A DNA stretch of 64,000 bases from Candidatus Kuenenia stuttgartensis. Its GTDB lineage: Bacteria > Gemmatimonadota > Gemmatimonadetes > Gemmatimonadales > Gemmatimonadaceae. The notes under the pieces are model-generated. The model was not told the DNA's origin and did not search any database. It was given only the letters and a program-made list of their open reading frames with translations. A program made the position numbers and the translations under genes. Below are positions 36,464-48,853 of the stretch, one piece after another; within the stretch, counting starts at the first letter, position 1; each line of letters opens with the position of its first letter. The stretch is from the NCBI GenBank assembly GCA_943330235.2, contig CALQGY020000006.1, positions 3,487 to 67,486 of the forward strand. Reading direction: 5' to 3'.

Positions 36464-36778
36464 GTGAGCATTTCCGAGTCGGACGTCCGGCACATCGCGG
36501 CGCTCGCGCGCGTCGGCGTTGACGAGTCTCGCATTCCCACGCTCGTCGCCGAGTTGAACGGCATCCTCGCCCATATGGACGTGCTGCAACGCGTCGAGCT
36601 ATCGCCGGCCGCCGCCGATGGCACGAGCGAGCAGGGCATGCCGCTCGCCGCGGACGTCCTGGGCGCCGTGCCGTTGCTCCGCGAGCGCGCGACGTTCGCA
36701 CCGGCGATGCGTGACGGGTTCTTTCTCGTGCCGCGACTCGCGACGCATGATGCCGCCGGCGCTTCGGAGGACGAATGA
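36464..36778 (+). CDS. gatC: Asp/Glu-tRNA(Asn/Gln) amidotransferase subunit C
   Basis: VRHIAALARVGVDESRIPTLVAELNGILAHMDVL; GTG start; precedes gatA. Confidence 0.9.
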   Translation: MSISESDVRHIAALARVGVDESRIPTLVAELNGILAHMDVLQRVELSPAAADGTSEQGMPLAADVLGAVPLLRERATFAPAMRDGFFLVPRLATHDAAGASEDE

Positions 36779-38252
36779 ACGTCGACGCACGCGACGACGC
36801 GTCGGCCGATGCGCTGCTCGACCGCAGTGTAGCCACGATCGTCGAGTGCGTGCACGCCGGCGACTGCGCACCAACTGACCTCGTCCGCGCAGCGCTGCAC
36901 CGCATCAGAACACGCGGTGCCGGACCCGACGGGTTGAACGCGGTGCTCAGCGTAGATGAAGAAGGAGCACTTCATGAGGCGCAGCGCCTCGAATCGACGC
37001 CTCGCGATCACGCGCAGCGCCTGGCCGCTATGCCCGTGCTCATTAAGGACAACATCGCGACGCATCGCTTGCCCACATCCTGCGGCTCGCGAATCCTCGA
37101 GGGCTACGTCAGCCCGTATGAGGCGACCGCTGTTCGGCGGCTGCGCGACGCCGGCGCGATTGTGATTGGCAAGACCAACATGGACGAGTTCGCGATGGGC
37201 TCCTCCACCGAGAACAGCGCTTTCGGACCCACGCGCAACCCGCTGGATCCGACGCGGGTTCCCGGCGGCTCGTCGGGGGGATCTGCCGCGGCGGTGGCCG
37301 CCGGCGTCACGCCGATCGCGCTCGGATCCGAGACCGGCGGGTCGGTACGACAGCCGGCCGCCTTCTGCGGTATCGTCGGCGTGAAACCCACCTACGGTCG
37401 GGTCAGCCGCTTCGGTCTGGTCGCGTACGGGTCATCGCTCGATCATATCGGCGTGTTCGGTACGCGTGTCGATGACGCGGCCCGCGTGCTCGAAGTCATC
37501 GCGGGTGTCGATCCGCACGACGCCACCTCCATCAATCACGCGGTGCCGAGCTACGGGACCGACGCGGACGCGTCGCTGGCCGGCGTCGTCATCGGCAAGC
37601 CCGTCGAATATTTCCCGGAATCGCTCGATCCGCGCATCCGCGCTCTCTGTGAGCGTTCGCTCGAACATCTGCGCGCACGGGGCGCAGAGATACGCGACGT
37701 CAGCCTTCCGCACACGGCACTCGCTATTCCGGTGTACTACATCGTCGCGCCTGCCGAAGCGTCCAGCAATCTCGCGCGGTATGACGGTGTCCGATTCGGT
37801 ACGCGCGTCGACGGCGATGGACTGCGCGCCATGTACGAAGCCACGCGGTCAACGGGCTTCGGCGCGGAAGTGATCCGGCGTATTCTGCTCGGGACCTACG
37901 TCCTCAGCGCGGGCTACTACGACGCCTACTATCGGCGCGCACAGACGGTGCGTGCGCTCATCGCGCAGGATTTCACCACCGTCTTTGCCTCCGGTGTGCA
38001 CGCGTTGTTCACCCCCACCACTCCGACCACGGCCTTTGCGCTCGGTGCCGTCTCGGATCCGTACGAGATGTACCTCAGCGACATCTTCACGGTCACGGCC
38101 AACCTCGCCGGCGTACCGGCCATGTCGCAGCCCATTGGACGGCTCGACGGACTACCCGTCGGCGGTCAACTGATGGCGGCGCACTTCGATGAGGCCACCA
38201 TGCTGCGGATCGCCGCGGTGCTTGAGCACGCGCTCGGCGTGGAGGCGCACCG

Positions 38253-38256
<4 letters not shown>
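36775..38256 (+). CDS. gatA: Asp/Glu-tRNA(Asn/Gln) amidotransferase subunit A
   Basis: Amidase signature GGSSGGSAAAVAAG; KDNI; GKTNMDEFAMGSSTE. Confidence 0.95.
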
Positions 38257-39701
<1,445 letters not shown>

Positions 39702-40591
39702 AGAGCGGTTCCGGGAGACTGGCCGCGTGCCGCAAGGGCGTGGCTGGTAGTCCGAACATGCGATCAGCCTCCAAGGCGGCCCGCACGTCGCCCCCCTGTC
39801 GGCGCGCGAGCCGTCGCACCTGCTTCGCCTCGCGGAGGGGCGCGTCGCCGGACGGGTCGTACCCGAACGCCTCGCTGTGGTCCCAGCGGGTCAGGACGTC
39901 GACGACATAGTCAAACGATCGAGCCATGTAGCGCGCGACGTCCGCATCCGAAAGATCCCAGCGGCTGTTCTCCGACACCAGCTGAAAGATGCGTTGCCAA
40001 GAATCCGTGTCCGTCACGTACACCATGCCGCGAAAGATGCGGCGGTTGGTGGCCGTCCCGAATAAGGTCGGGCTCAGAATTCGGTCGAGATGGCCGTCTG
40101 AGGCACTGTGATCGAGCACCAAGAGCTCGCGAGCACGACGCGGCCAGATGTCGCCGATGTGCGTGTCGATGCGCGATTCCCAATAGCTATGGCCGACAGC
40201 CGTCGTACTCGAGGTGACCGCCAGCTGACGCGGCACAAAGAAGTTGTGCGCCACGACATCCGCCGCGAGATGCGCGAGGTAGCCCAGCGCGAACGCACGG
40301 AGTGCCGGCTCGCGCGCGTCATCATGGATCTCCAGACCGATGTGCCACGAATGACAATGGCGACCGACTTCGGCGTACTTCTTCGCGATACTCGTGTCGG
40401 CGGCAATCGATCCGTATAAAAAATCTGACGGGAAGGCCGCGAGGAGTTCGGCAATGTGCCCGGGAATCAGCGTCAAGTTGCTCAGCAGCGCCGTGCCGAG
40501 GAACACATGGGTACCCGGCGTCCAGGCGTACAGCGGCGTCGGCACGATGAGCACGAGCGCCGCGATCGCGATCAGTGAAACGAGACTGAGG

Positions 40592-41086
40592 TTACGGATC
40601 GGTCGGCTCGGCATCGCGCCGGCGCGTCGAGCGTGGACTTGATCCCCTCGCGCGAAAGGCTCGGGCGCCGCCACGTAACCCGCTGCGAATCCCGCTTAAT
40701 GCTGCGACCGTCGTGATCGCCGTCGCCTCAAGCTCATGCTGCAAGACGTCCAGCACCGCGTTCACGTCATCGACTCGTCGGGCCGTGGCTTCCGCCACCT
40801 CGTGCAGCTGGTCACTCATCGCCCCGGCTGCATCCGAAAAACGCTCGACGTCGGTCCGCAGCAGCGCGACGATCTCGCGGGTGTCGGTCACCATGCCCGT
40901 GGCGGCCACCAGCAGCGGCTTTGTGTCACGGGTTACGTCGTCGACGATGGCCGTCAGTCGCGACACGCCGCGGCGTACGGTCAGCAGGAGCATGACGAGT
41001 GTCACCAAGGTCGCCACGCCCAGCAGGAGCAACACCAGCTGCAAGATGCCATTGGTCCAATCAAGCAGGCCCCGCTCCGGGATCAT
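40592..41086 (-). CDS. membrane-anchored coiled-coil protein (DUF948-like)
   Basis: TM ILQLVLLLLGVATLVTLVMLLL followed by helical repeats. ATG 41086 chosen because codons upstream (up to 41236) have poor GC3. Confidence 0.45.
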   Translation of the reverse strand: MIPERGLLDWTNGILQLVLLLLGVATLVTLVMLLLTVRRGVSRLTAIVDDVTRDTKPLLVAATGMVTDTREIVALLRTDVERFSDAAGAMSDQLHEVAEATARRVDDVNAVLDVLQHELEATAITTVAALSGIRSGLRGGARAFRARGSSPRSTRRRDAEPTDP

Positions 41087-41380
41087 CCGGGCGATAATCG
41101 TATCAGGGCGGGAAACCGCTTGCAGGACGGGCAAGAGAACCATCGACGCGTGTCCCATACCGTGTGATCTAAGCGTCATTCGCGGGGCGGGCAAGCAACC
41201 GCCACTGAGAGGGGACGCGCCTGTGCGCGCCGTCAAGCCACTTCACGCGCGGTTCGTCCGCGTGCTCGTCTTGACGATGACGTCCGTGCATGGCGATCCT
41301 TCGCGCACGCGGTGATTACGCCGCCCTTTGTTCGTGCGGCGTCCCGCAGCACGCGTCTCCTCGTACCCCAGGCCGCTCGC

Positions 41381-42676
41381 ATGGCTGCGATTCAATACAT
41401 CGTCGAAGGGGGCCATCGGCTCTCTGGTACCATCCGCCCCGCCGGTAACAAGAACGCGGCGCTGCCGATCGTCGCCGCCACGCTCCTCACGGACCAGCCG
41501 GTGCAGCTGGAAAATGTGCCGCGGATTCGGGACATTGAGACGCTCGTCGAGTTGATCCGGACCACCGGTGCGGAATGCACATGGACCGGTCCGAATTCGT
41601 TGCGCGTGCACGCGAAGTCCGTGCATGCGGCCGATCTCGATCCCGGCATGTGCGCGCGCATCCGCGCGTCCATCTTGCTGGCCGCGCCGCTCTTGGCTCG
41701 ATGCGGCGAAGTCACCCTGTCGCCTCCGGGCGGTGATGTCATCGGTCGGCGACGTCTGGATACCCATTTCCACGTGTTGCAGGCGCTGGGGGCCAGCTAC
41801 GAGCTTGGTGAACGCTTCCGCTTCACCACCGCCGGACTGCGTGGCGCTGAGGTGTTCCTAGATGAACCCAGCGTGACGGCCACCGAGAACGCGCTCGTCG
41901 CGGCCGTCGCGGCCACCGGACGGACCGTCCTTCGCAATGCGGCCAGCGAGCCGCACGTGCAGGACCTCGCGCGCTTCCTCGTGGCGCTCGGCGCGCGCAT
42001 CGACGGGATCGGATCGAACGTCTACACCATCGAGGGCGGACTGCCACTCGGCGGCGCCCAGTACGCCATCGGCCCGGATCACATCGAGGTGGGCTCCTTC
42101 ATCGGACTGGCCGCCGTGACGCGATCCGACATCCGCATCGCCGGCGCGGGCGTGGAGCATCTGCGCAGTACCCTCATGGGCTTCGAACGGCTCGGTATTC
42201 ACTGCAGCATCGACGGCGACGATCTCGTCGTCGCCGGTGAGCAATCGCGGGTGATCCAAAGTGACCTGGGCGGTCATGTGCCCAAACTCGAAGATCAGCC
42301 GTGGCCCGCATTTCCCGCTGATCTCATGTCCATTGCGATCGTGACCGCGACGCAGTGTGACGGGATGATCCTCATGCACGAGAAGATGTTTGAGTCGCGC
42401 ATGTTCTTCGTCGACAAGCTGGTCGGCATGGGCGCCCGTATCGTGCTGTGCGATCCGCATCGGGCCATCGTCTCCGGTCCCACGCGCCTGCGGGGCAGCA
42501 CCGTCGAGTCCCCCGACATCCGCGCCGGCATGGCTATGCTGCTCGCCGCCCTCTGTGCCGATGGTACCAGTCGCATCAATAACGCCCAGCAGATCGAACG
42601 GGGATATGAGCGGGTCGAGGAGCGGCTCGGCGCGCTCGGCGCACGGATCCAGCGCGTTGAATTCAAGCCCAGCTGA
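41381..42676 (+). CDS. murA: UDP-N-acetylglucosamine 1-carboxyvinyltransferase
   Basis: RLSGTIRPAGNKNAALPI; active-site loop LSPPGGDVIGRRRLD with Asp in place of the usual Cys. ATG 41381 preferred to the track start at 41312. Confidence 0.92.
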   Translation: MAAIQYIVEGGHRLSGTIRPAGNKNAALPIVAATLLTDQPVQLENVPRIRDIETLVELIRTTGAECTWTGPNSLRVHAKSVHAADLDPGMCARIRASILLAAPLLARCGEVTLSPPGGDVIGRRRLDTHFHVLQALGASYELGERFRFTTAGLRGAEVFLDEPSVTATENALVAAVAATGRTVLRNAASEPHVQDLARFLVALGARIDGIGSNVYTIEGGLPLGGAQYAIGPDHIEVGSFIGLAAVTRSDIRIAGAGVEHLRSTLMGFERLGIHCSIDGDDLVVAGEQSRVIQSDLGGHVPKLEDQPWPAFPADLMSIAIVTATQCDGMILMHEKMFESRMFFVDKLVGMGARIVLCDPHRAIVSGPTRLRGSTVESPDIRAGMAMLLAALCADGTSRINNAQQIERGYERVEERLGALGARIQRVEFKPS

Positions 42677-42677
42677 C

Positions 42678-43424
42678 ATGTCACCCCTCGCCAGCGCGGA
42701 AAGCTTTACGGGACTGCCCAACAACGTGCGGGCGTGGACCACCACCCGCGCCGCCGGATCCTTCGGGCTGGCCTCGGACGAAGCCGTCGGCGCGGTCATC
42801 GGACGATGGGCCGCCCTCGTCGATGACTTGGAGGCGCTTGGCGTGCCGCGCCTCGGCAGCGCCACTCAAGTGCACGGTGCCGGTCTCCAGCGACACCGAG
42901 CCGGGTGGCACGGGTGGCTGCGCGCCCGGGGGATCGACGGGCACATCACCGACGTACCGGGGACCGCCCTGGCCGTCACCGTCGCGGACTGCACGCCCGT
43001 GTTCTTGGCGCATCCGCGCGGCGTAGTGGCGGCGCTACACGCAGGGTGGCGGGGGACCGCCGAACGAATCCTCGACGCCGGTCTCGACGCCATGGCGGAG
43101 CTCGACTGTCCGGCCGACGAATGTGTCGTGCATCTGGGACCCGCCATCTGCGGCGCCTGCTATGAGGTCGGACCGGAAGTATTCGAGGCCCTCACCGGGG
43201 CACGGCCGCTCGCGAAGGGGCTCATTGACGTTCGCGCCGTGCTGGCTGAGCAGGCCGAACGGCGTGGCGTGCGCGAACTTTCGGTGAGCGCGCGGTGTAC
43301 GCGGTGCGATCAGGATCGCTTCTTTAGTCACCGCGGCGGCGATCCCGGACGTCAGTTGGGCATCATCGCCCTCCTGCCGCTTGGCGGGGCTGCTCACACC
43401 GGCGCGATGAGGAATGACCGATGA
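42678..43424 (+). CDS. pgeF: YfiH/PgeF-family (DUF152) purine nucleoside phosphorylase / peptidoglycan editing factor
   Basis: ADCTPVFL; HAGWRGT; CGACYEVG; FFSHRG motifs. Confidence 0.85.
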   Translation: MSPLASAESFTGLPNNVRAWTTTRAAGSFGLASDEAVGAVIGRWAALVDDLEALGVPRLGSATQVHGAGLQRHRAGWHGWLRARGIDGHITDVPGTALAVTVADCTPVFLAHPRGVVAALHAGWRGTAERILDAGLDAMAELDCPADECVVHLGPAICGACYEVGPEVFEALTGARPLAKGLIDVRAVLAEQAERRGVRELSVSARCTRCDQDRFFSHRGGDPGRQLGIIALLPLGGAAHTGAMRNDR

Positions 43425-43525
43425 GTCATCTTGACCTAGCTCCCCGCGCGCCGTAGGTTCCCATATCTACAGCGGATCCGGAATTAAGGCGCCGCGACTT
43501 CGCCCGACTCGCTCGGGTGGCCGAA

Positions 43526-43552
43526 GTGTGGGGATGGTCCCCACACTTTTTT
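43526..43552 (+). terminator. canonical intrinsic terminator in the pgeF-rimP spacer
   Basis: GTGTGGGGA-tgg-TCCCCACAC followed by TTTTTT; 37 nt upstream of the rimP ATG. Confidence 0.85.
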
Positions 43553-43588
43553 GTTCTCGGGTGGTTTTTCAGCGGTTGAGGTCGACAG

Positions 43589-44056
43589 ATGGGAGAAAGT
43601 GTCGAACCCATTGTCGCTCAAGAGCTTGACACGTTGGGATTCGACTTGGTTGAACTCCGGCGTGGTGGCTCTCGGTCGCGTCCGGTGTTGGAAATCCGGA
43701 TCGATCGACGAGACGGCACGAAGGTGACGATCGAGGATTGCGCCCGCGCCTCTCGAGCCCTTGAGGCGAGATTGGAAGCGGGCGCGTTGGTGACGGAGCA
43801 GTACGTGTTGGAAGTCTCGTCCCCTGGGGCCGATCGGCCCCTTCGGACGGCCGCGGATTGGCGCCGGTTTGTCGGGCGCCGAGCGACGGTCACCTGCACG
43901 CTGCTCGCTGGCGGAAAACAGGAAGTTGAGATCCTCAGCCTCGACGGAGAGGACACGGCGGCGGTGGTGTTTGTGCGCGATACCAAGGGGCGGGAGACAC
44001 ATGTTCCGCTTTCTGAGATCACACAAGCGCGACTGGCGTTTCACTGGAAACGATAG
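43589..44056 (+). CDS. rimP: ribosome maturation factor RimP
   Basis: LGFDLVELR...LEVSSPGADRPL; immediately upstream of nusA. Confidence 0.9.
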   Translation: MGESVEPIVAQELDTLGFDLVELRRGGSRSRPVLEIRIDRRDGTKVTIEDCARASRALEARLEAGALVTEQYVLEVSSPGADRPLRTAADWRRFVGRRATVTCTLLAGGKQEVEILSLDGEDTAAVVFVRDTKGRETHVPLSEITQARLAFHWKR

Positions 44057-44066
44057 GGGATAGCTG

Positions 44067-45401
44067 ATGTCCGGATCGGCGGAGATTCTCGCAGCGTTCC
44101 GCGAACTGGCCAATTCGAAGCAGCTTGACCGTACGGAATTGCATGGGCTCCTCCAGGACGGCATTCACGCCGCCTTGGCCAAGAAGCATGGAGTGAACGT
44201 GCAGGCCGAGGTCGAGATCAACGAGGAGAAGGGTGCCATCCGCATCGTCCTGTTGAAGACGGTGGTCGAGGAGGTAACCGACCCCTCGCGCGAAATGCTG
44301 CTCGAAGAGGCGCGGTTCGAGGATCCAGAGTTTCAAGTTGGCGATGTGATGGAAATCCCGGTGGATTTCGCGGAGTTCGGCCGCACGGCCGTGCAAGCCG
44401 CGAAACAGCGGATCATTCAGCGTGTCCGTGAAGGAGAGCGGACGCGTATTCGCGATGAGTTTTCCGGTCGCGTTGGGGATCTACTCTCCGGTGAAGTCCA
44501 GCAGATTGAGCGCGGTAAGCTGGTGGTGATGCTCAACAAGTTCCGTGAAGCGGAGGCGATCATCCCCTACCGTGAGCAGAACCATCGCGAGCATTACCAT
44601 CAGGGCGAGCCCGTGCGTGCAGTCCTCAAGCGGGTCGAGGATACGCCGAAGGGGCCGCGACTGATCCTGAGTCGTTCCGATGCGTTGTTCGTTCAGGCGC
44701 TCTTCAAGCTCGAAGTGCCGGAAATCCAACAGGGGATCGTGGAGATCAAGGCCGCCGCGCGTGAAGTGGGCAGCCGAACGAAGATCGCGGTGACGTCGCG
44801 TGACGAAGCCGTCGATCCGGTCGGAGCGTGTGTGGGTTTGAAGGGATCGCGGGTGCAGGCCGTGGTGAACGAATTGGGCGGCGAGCGCATCGACATTGTG
44901 CCGTGGTCGCCTGATCCGGAGCGCTTTGCCAAGCTGGCGCTTGCGCCGGCGCGTGTGGCGCGGGTGTTCAGTGATGCGCTCTCGCGCACCATTCAGGCGG
45001 TCGTGGACGAAGACCAGCTCTCGCTGGCCATCGGCCGCAACGGCCAAAACGTGCGGCTCGCGTCTGAGCTGACCGGGTGGAAGATCGACCTGTACTCCAG
45101 TCGCGAGTGGATGGAGAAGGGCGGGGAAGCACCGTTGTTCGCACCGTTGCCGGAAGAAGGCGAAGAGGATGCGGATGTGCCGTTGAACGAAATCGAGGGA
45201 CTGGAAACGTCGACAGTGGCGGTGCTGGCGGAAGCCGGATACCACACGCTGAACGACATTCTTGATCTCGATCGCGATGACCTGCTGCGACTTCCGGGCA
45301 TTGCGCCCGTTGAGGCCGATCGCATCATGGCGATCATCGATGAACTGACGATGGAAGAGGATGCTGACGGTGGATCGTCGGTGACCGGCGGGCAGGGGTG
45401 A
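44067..45401 (+). CDS. nusA: transcription termination/antitermination factor NusA
   Basis: S1 region GDLLSGEVQQIERGKLVVML; KH regions (GACVGLKGSRVQAVVNELGGERIDIV; AIGRNGQNVRLASELTGWKIDL). Confidence 0.96.
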   Translation: MSGSAEILAAFRELANSKQLDRTELHGLLQDGIHAALAKKHGVNVQAEVEINEEKGAIRIVLLKTVVEEVTDPSREMLLEEARFEDPEFQVGDVMEIPVDFAEFGRTAVQAAKQRIIQRVREGERTRIRDEFSGRVGDLLSGEVQQIERGKLVVMLNKFREAEAIIPYREQNHREHYHQGEPVRAVLKRVEDTPKGPRLILSRSDALFVQALFKLEVPEIQQGIVEIKAAAREVGSRTKIAVTSRDEAVDPVGACVGLKGSRVQAVVNELGGERIDIVPWSPDPERFAKLALAPARVARVFSDALSRTIQAVVDEDQLSLAIGRNGQNVRLASELTGWKIDLYSSREWMEKGGEAPLFAPLPEEGEEDADVPLNEIEGLETSTVAVLAEAGYHTLNDILDLDRDDLLRLPGIAPVEADRIMAIIDELTMEEDADGGSSVTGGQG

Positions 45402-45772
45402 GTATTGTCAGTGGCGCCTCCCTCGACGATGCAGCGCGCCGCAAGGTGCTTGGATTGTTGGGGTTAGGCGTTCGCGGACGGTTGGTAGTGGTCGGGGCGG
45501 AGCGGGTGCGTCTGGAAACGATCAAGGGCGCCGTGCATATGGCGCTGGTCGCAATGGACGTCTCGCGGCATAGCCTCGACAAAGTGTTGCCGGTCCTCAA
45601 AGCCCGGCATATCGATGTGATCGAGTGGCCGAGTGCGGCCGAGCTGGGCGACGCAGTCGGGCGGGATACAACCGCTGCCGTCGGTATCGTAGATCAGGCG
45701 CTGGCGCGCGGTATCCGTGGCGCCGTAGCCGGGGCAGCCCCGGCGGGCGACGCGACGCGCGTTTCGCGGTAG
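45398..45772 (+). CDS. L7Ae/YlxQ-like RNA-binding protein
   Basis: GLGVRGRLVVVGAERV...VHMALVAMDVS...ELGDAVGRDTTAAVGI pattern; conserved position between nusA and infB; GTGA overlap with nusA. Confidence 0.7.
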   Translation: MSIVSGASLDDAARRKVLGLLGLGVRGRLVVVGAERVRLETIKGAVHMALVAMDVSRHSLDKVLPVLKARHIDVIEWPSAAELGDAVGRDTTAAVGIVDQALARGIRGAVAGAAPAGDATRVSR

Positions 45773-45781
45773 GAGGATGGG

Positions 45782-48700
45782 TTGAGCAAGCTTCGTGTGC
45801 ATGACATGGCAGGTGAGTTCGGCATCTCGGCTGACGAGGTGATCGCGCTCCTGCGCCAGATGGACGTTCCGGTTCGCAGCCATTTATCGCTGCTGACCGA
45901 TGATCAGGTGTCTCGGATTCGCGCTCGATGGGAGCGTGAAAAACGCGTGCGCGCCGAAAAGGCGCAGCCTGCAGCAGCCGTCGCGCCCAGGCGCCGCCGC
46001 ACGGGGGCCGCACCGGAAGTGCCGGTCCCCGAGCCGCAGCCTGAGGTGCACACCTCCAGCGTCCGTCGTCGAAAGAAGACGGACGAGGAGCTCGCCGCGG
46101 AAGAAGCCGAGGCCGCCGCAGCGCGTCGTGTCATCGAGGCCGCAGCGCCAAGCGAGCCGGTGCCTGTCGCCGTAAGCGCTCCGCCTGCTGCGGTCGCGGC
46201 ACCGGTCGCAGAGCCGGTCGTCGCCGAACCCGTGCGACCCGTTCGGGAAGAGCCGCGTCCAGAGCGGGCGCCCGTCGTCGAGACGCCGGTGGCCCCCGTT
46301 GACGCCGCTCCTGTTTCGGCAGCAGCGCCGCACGTGGAGCCAGAGGTCAAGCCGCTGGTCAGTGCGGCCGTCGCGCCGACGCCGGTTACAGCAGCACCGG
46401 TCGTGCCGGCCCCCGTCGCGCCGGCCCCCGTCTCGCCGGCCCCCGTTGTCCAGGCGCCCGTGGTCCCGGCACCGGTTGTCCCGGCGCCCGCCGCCGTTGC
46501 GCCAGTCATCACCCCAGTCGCTGTCGCTCCGAGCGCGCCGGTCGTGGCTGATGCCGCGGCCGTGGTGGCGCCAGTGCCGTCGCCGACGTCATCGCTTCCG
46601 CCGGACCGTCCTCGCCCTCGCCCGGTTGTTCCGGGTGCGCCGCGGCCGCGTCCAGGCGGAACCCCCAATTTCGGATCGGCGAGACCCGTTGCCTCGGCTG
46701 CGCCGGGCGGTGGACTCGGACAGGGACAGCGCCGCGATGATCGGCGTCCGACGGGCGCCCCTGGCGCCCCAGGGCAGCCCGGTGGTCAGGCCGGCGGTGG
46801 CCAGAGCGGTCAAGGTGGTCAGGGTGGTCAGGGCGGTGGTCAGGGCGGTGGACAAGCGGGCGCCATGGCGGCCGCGAGTCAGCGTCGTGGCAAGAAGGGC
46901 AAGCGTGGAGCCGTCGATCAGGAAGCCGTGACGGCGAACATCTCCAAAACCATGACGGCCATGCGCGGCGCGGCAACAACGCGTGGGCGCGGTGGGCGTC
47001 GGTTTGGAGCGGAGATGCGCGAGGAGGCGGAGGCGCAGCGCGTGGCCGCCGTTGAGCGCGAACGCAAAACGGTGCGCGTGAACGAGTTCATCACCGTGTC
47101 GGAATTGGCCCAGACGCTGGGCATCTCCGCCACGCAGATCGTCGGATTCGCATTCAAGACGCTCGGTTTGATGGTCACCATCAATCAGCGCTTGGACTTC
47201 GATCAGATCGAACTGATCGCCGGGGAGTTCGGCTTCCAGGCCGTGAAGGAAAGCGATTACGCCGCGGACTTGCAGGAAAAGGCGGAAGCCGACGATCCCG
47301 TGGATCTGCGCCCACGCCCGCCGGTGGTCACCATCATGGGTCACGTCGACCATGGTAAGACGTCGTTGCTCGACTACATCCGGAAGGCCAACGTCGTGGC
47401 GGGTGAGGCCGGTGGTATTACGCAGCACATCGGCGCCTATCACGTACAGGTCGCCGAGGGCAAGCAGATCACGTTCCTCGACACCCCCGGTCACGAAGCC
47501 TTCACGGCCATGCGTGCCCGTGGTGCCCAAGTCACCGACATCGTCGTGATTGTGATCGCGGCCGACGACCAAGTGATGCCGCAGACGGTGGAAGCGATTT
47601 CGCACGCGAAGAGTGCGGGCGTGCCCATCATCATCGCCATCAATAAGGTGGATCTGGCGACGGCGAACATCGCCAAGGTGAAGCAGGACCTGCTGCAACA
47701 CGAAGTCGTACTCGAAGACTTCGGCGGCACCGTGCTGCATTCGGAAATCTCGGCCAAGAAGGGAACGGGCGTCGCCGAACTGCTGGAGCAGATCCTGCTG
47801 CAGGCCGACATCCTCGAACTCAAGGCCAACCCGTCTCGGCGTGCCGTTGGCTCGGTCGTCGAAGCGCAGCTCGATCAGGGCAAGGGACCGGTGGCGACCG
47901 TGCTCGTGCAAAACGGCACGCTCAAGGTCGGCGACGACTACATCTGCGGTATCCATTCTGGACGTGTGCGCGCCATGCTCGACGAGCGTGGCAAGCAGGT
48001 CAAGTCGGCCGGCCCCGCCATACCAGTCCAGATCCTCGGCCTCACGGGCGTGCCCATGGCCGGCGATCAGCTCCTCGTGGTGGAAGACGCCACGGCCGCG
48101 CGTGAAATCGCGCAGCGTCGTGAACGGCTCGATCGTGAAGCAAAGAGCCGCCGTACCACCCGCGGTATCGTATCGCTCGAAGACTTCATGTCGCAGGCCA
48201 GCGCTGGGCAGAAACGTCAGTTGCGGCTTGTCATCAAGGCGGACCAGGGTGGTCCGGCCGAAGCACTTGCCGATGCGCTTGGCCAGTTGTCCAACCCCGA
48301 AGTCCAGGTGGAAATCATTCACCGTGGCGTCGGTGCCATCGCGGAAAGCGACATCCTGCTCGCCAAGGCGTCGGGCGCCATCATCATTGGCTTCCACGTG
48401 CGACCGGACAACAACGCCCGCGCGGCGGCCGAGCGTGAAGGCGTGGACATCAAGCTCTATCGCATCATCTACGAGGCGGTCGCTGATGTGAAAGCGGCAC
48501 TCGAAGGCATGCTGCGCCCAGAAAGCCGCGAAGTGGTGTACGGCGAAGCCGAAGTGCGCGAGACGTTCAAGGTGGCTCGTATCGGCACCATCGCGGGCTG
48601 TATCGTCCGCTCCGGCATCATCAACCGGAAGGGACGCGTGCGCGTCATCCGGAACGGCGTCGAAATGTACGACGGCGCGATCGCATCGCTCCGCCGCTTC

Positions 48701-48844
48701 AAAGACGACGTCAACGAGGTCAAGGAAGGGTACGAGTGCGGCATCGGGATCGAGAACTTCAACGACGTCAAGAACGGCGACGTCTTCGAATGCTATCGGA
48801 CCGAAGAAGTGGCCCGCACTCTCGATCAGGCTGCAAAGTCCTGA
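45782..48844 (+). CDS. infB: translation initiation factor IF-2
   Basis: G domain [24 protein letters not shown]. Long Ala/Pro/Val- and Gly/Gln-rich N-terminal region. TTG start. Confidence 0.96.
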   Translation: MSKLRVHDMAGEFGISADEVIALLRQMDVPVRSHLSLLTDDQVSRIRARWEREKRVRAEKAQPAAAVAPRRRRTGAAPEVPVPEPQPEVHTSSVRRRKKTDEELAAEEAEAAAARRVIEAAAPSEPVPVAVSAPPAAVAAPVAEPVVAEPVRPVREEPRPERAPVVETPVAPVDAAPVSAAAPHVEPEVKPLVSAAVAPTPVTAAPVVPAPVAPAPVSPAPVVQAPVVPAPVVPAPAAVAPVITPVAVAPSAPVVADAAAVVAPVPSPTSSLPPDRPRPRPVVPGAPRPRPGGTPNFGSARPVASAAPGGGLGQGQRRDDRRPTGAPGAPGQPGGQAGGGQSGQGGQGGQGGGQGGGQAGAMAAASQRRGKKGKRGAVDQEAVTANISKTMTAMRGAATTRGRGGRRFGAEMREEAEAQRVAAVERERKTVRVNEFITVSELAQTLGISATQIVGFAFKTLGLMVTINQRLDFDQIELIAGEFGFQAVKESDYAADLQEKAEADDPVDLRPRPPVVTIMGHVDHGKTSLLDYIRKANVVAGEAGGITQHIGAYHVQVAEGKQITFLDTPGHEAFTAMRARGAQVTDIVVIVIAADDQVMPQTVEAISHAKSAGVPIIIAINKVDLATANIAKVKQDLLQHEVVLEDFGGTVLHSEISAKKGTGVAELLEQILLQADILELKANPSRRAVGSVVEAQLDQGKGPVATVLVQNGTLKVGDDYICGIHSGRVRAMLDERGKQVKSAGPAIPVQILGLTGVPMAGDQLLVVEDATAAREIAQRRERLDREAKSRRTTRGIVSLEDFMSQASAGQKRQLRLVIKADQGGPAEALADALGQLSNPEVQVEIIHRGVGAIAESDILLAKASGAIIIGFHVRPDNNARAAAEREGVDIKLYRIIYEAVADVKAALEGMLRPESREVVYGEAEVRETFKVARIGTIAGCIVRSGIINRKGRVRVIRNGVEMYDGAIASLRRFKDDVNEVKEGYECGIGIENFNDVKNGDVFECYRTEEVARTLDQAAKS
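46406..46495 (+). repeat. six tandem 15-nt units encoding (P)APVx inside infB
   Basis: CCGGCCCCCGTCGCG / CCGGCCCCCGTCTCG / CCGGCCCCCGTTGTC / CAGGCGCCCGTGGTC / CCGGCACCGGTTGTC / CCGGCGCCCGCCGCC. Confidence 0.7.
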
Positions 48845-48853
48845 GGAGGCAGC

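Noticed and set aside
43425-43588. Possible tRNA (metY-like) upstream of rimP, as in E. coli
   Set aside because: No cloverleaf can be drawn and there is no T-loop GTTCRANYC motif. The structures present are a hairpin and a terminator.
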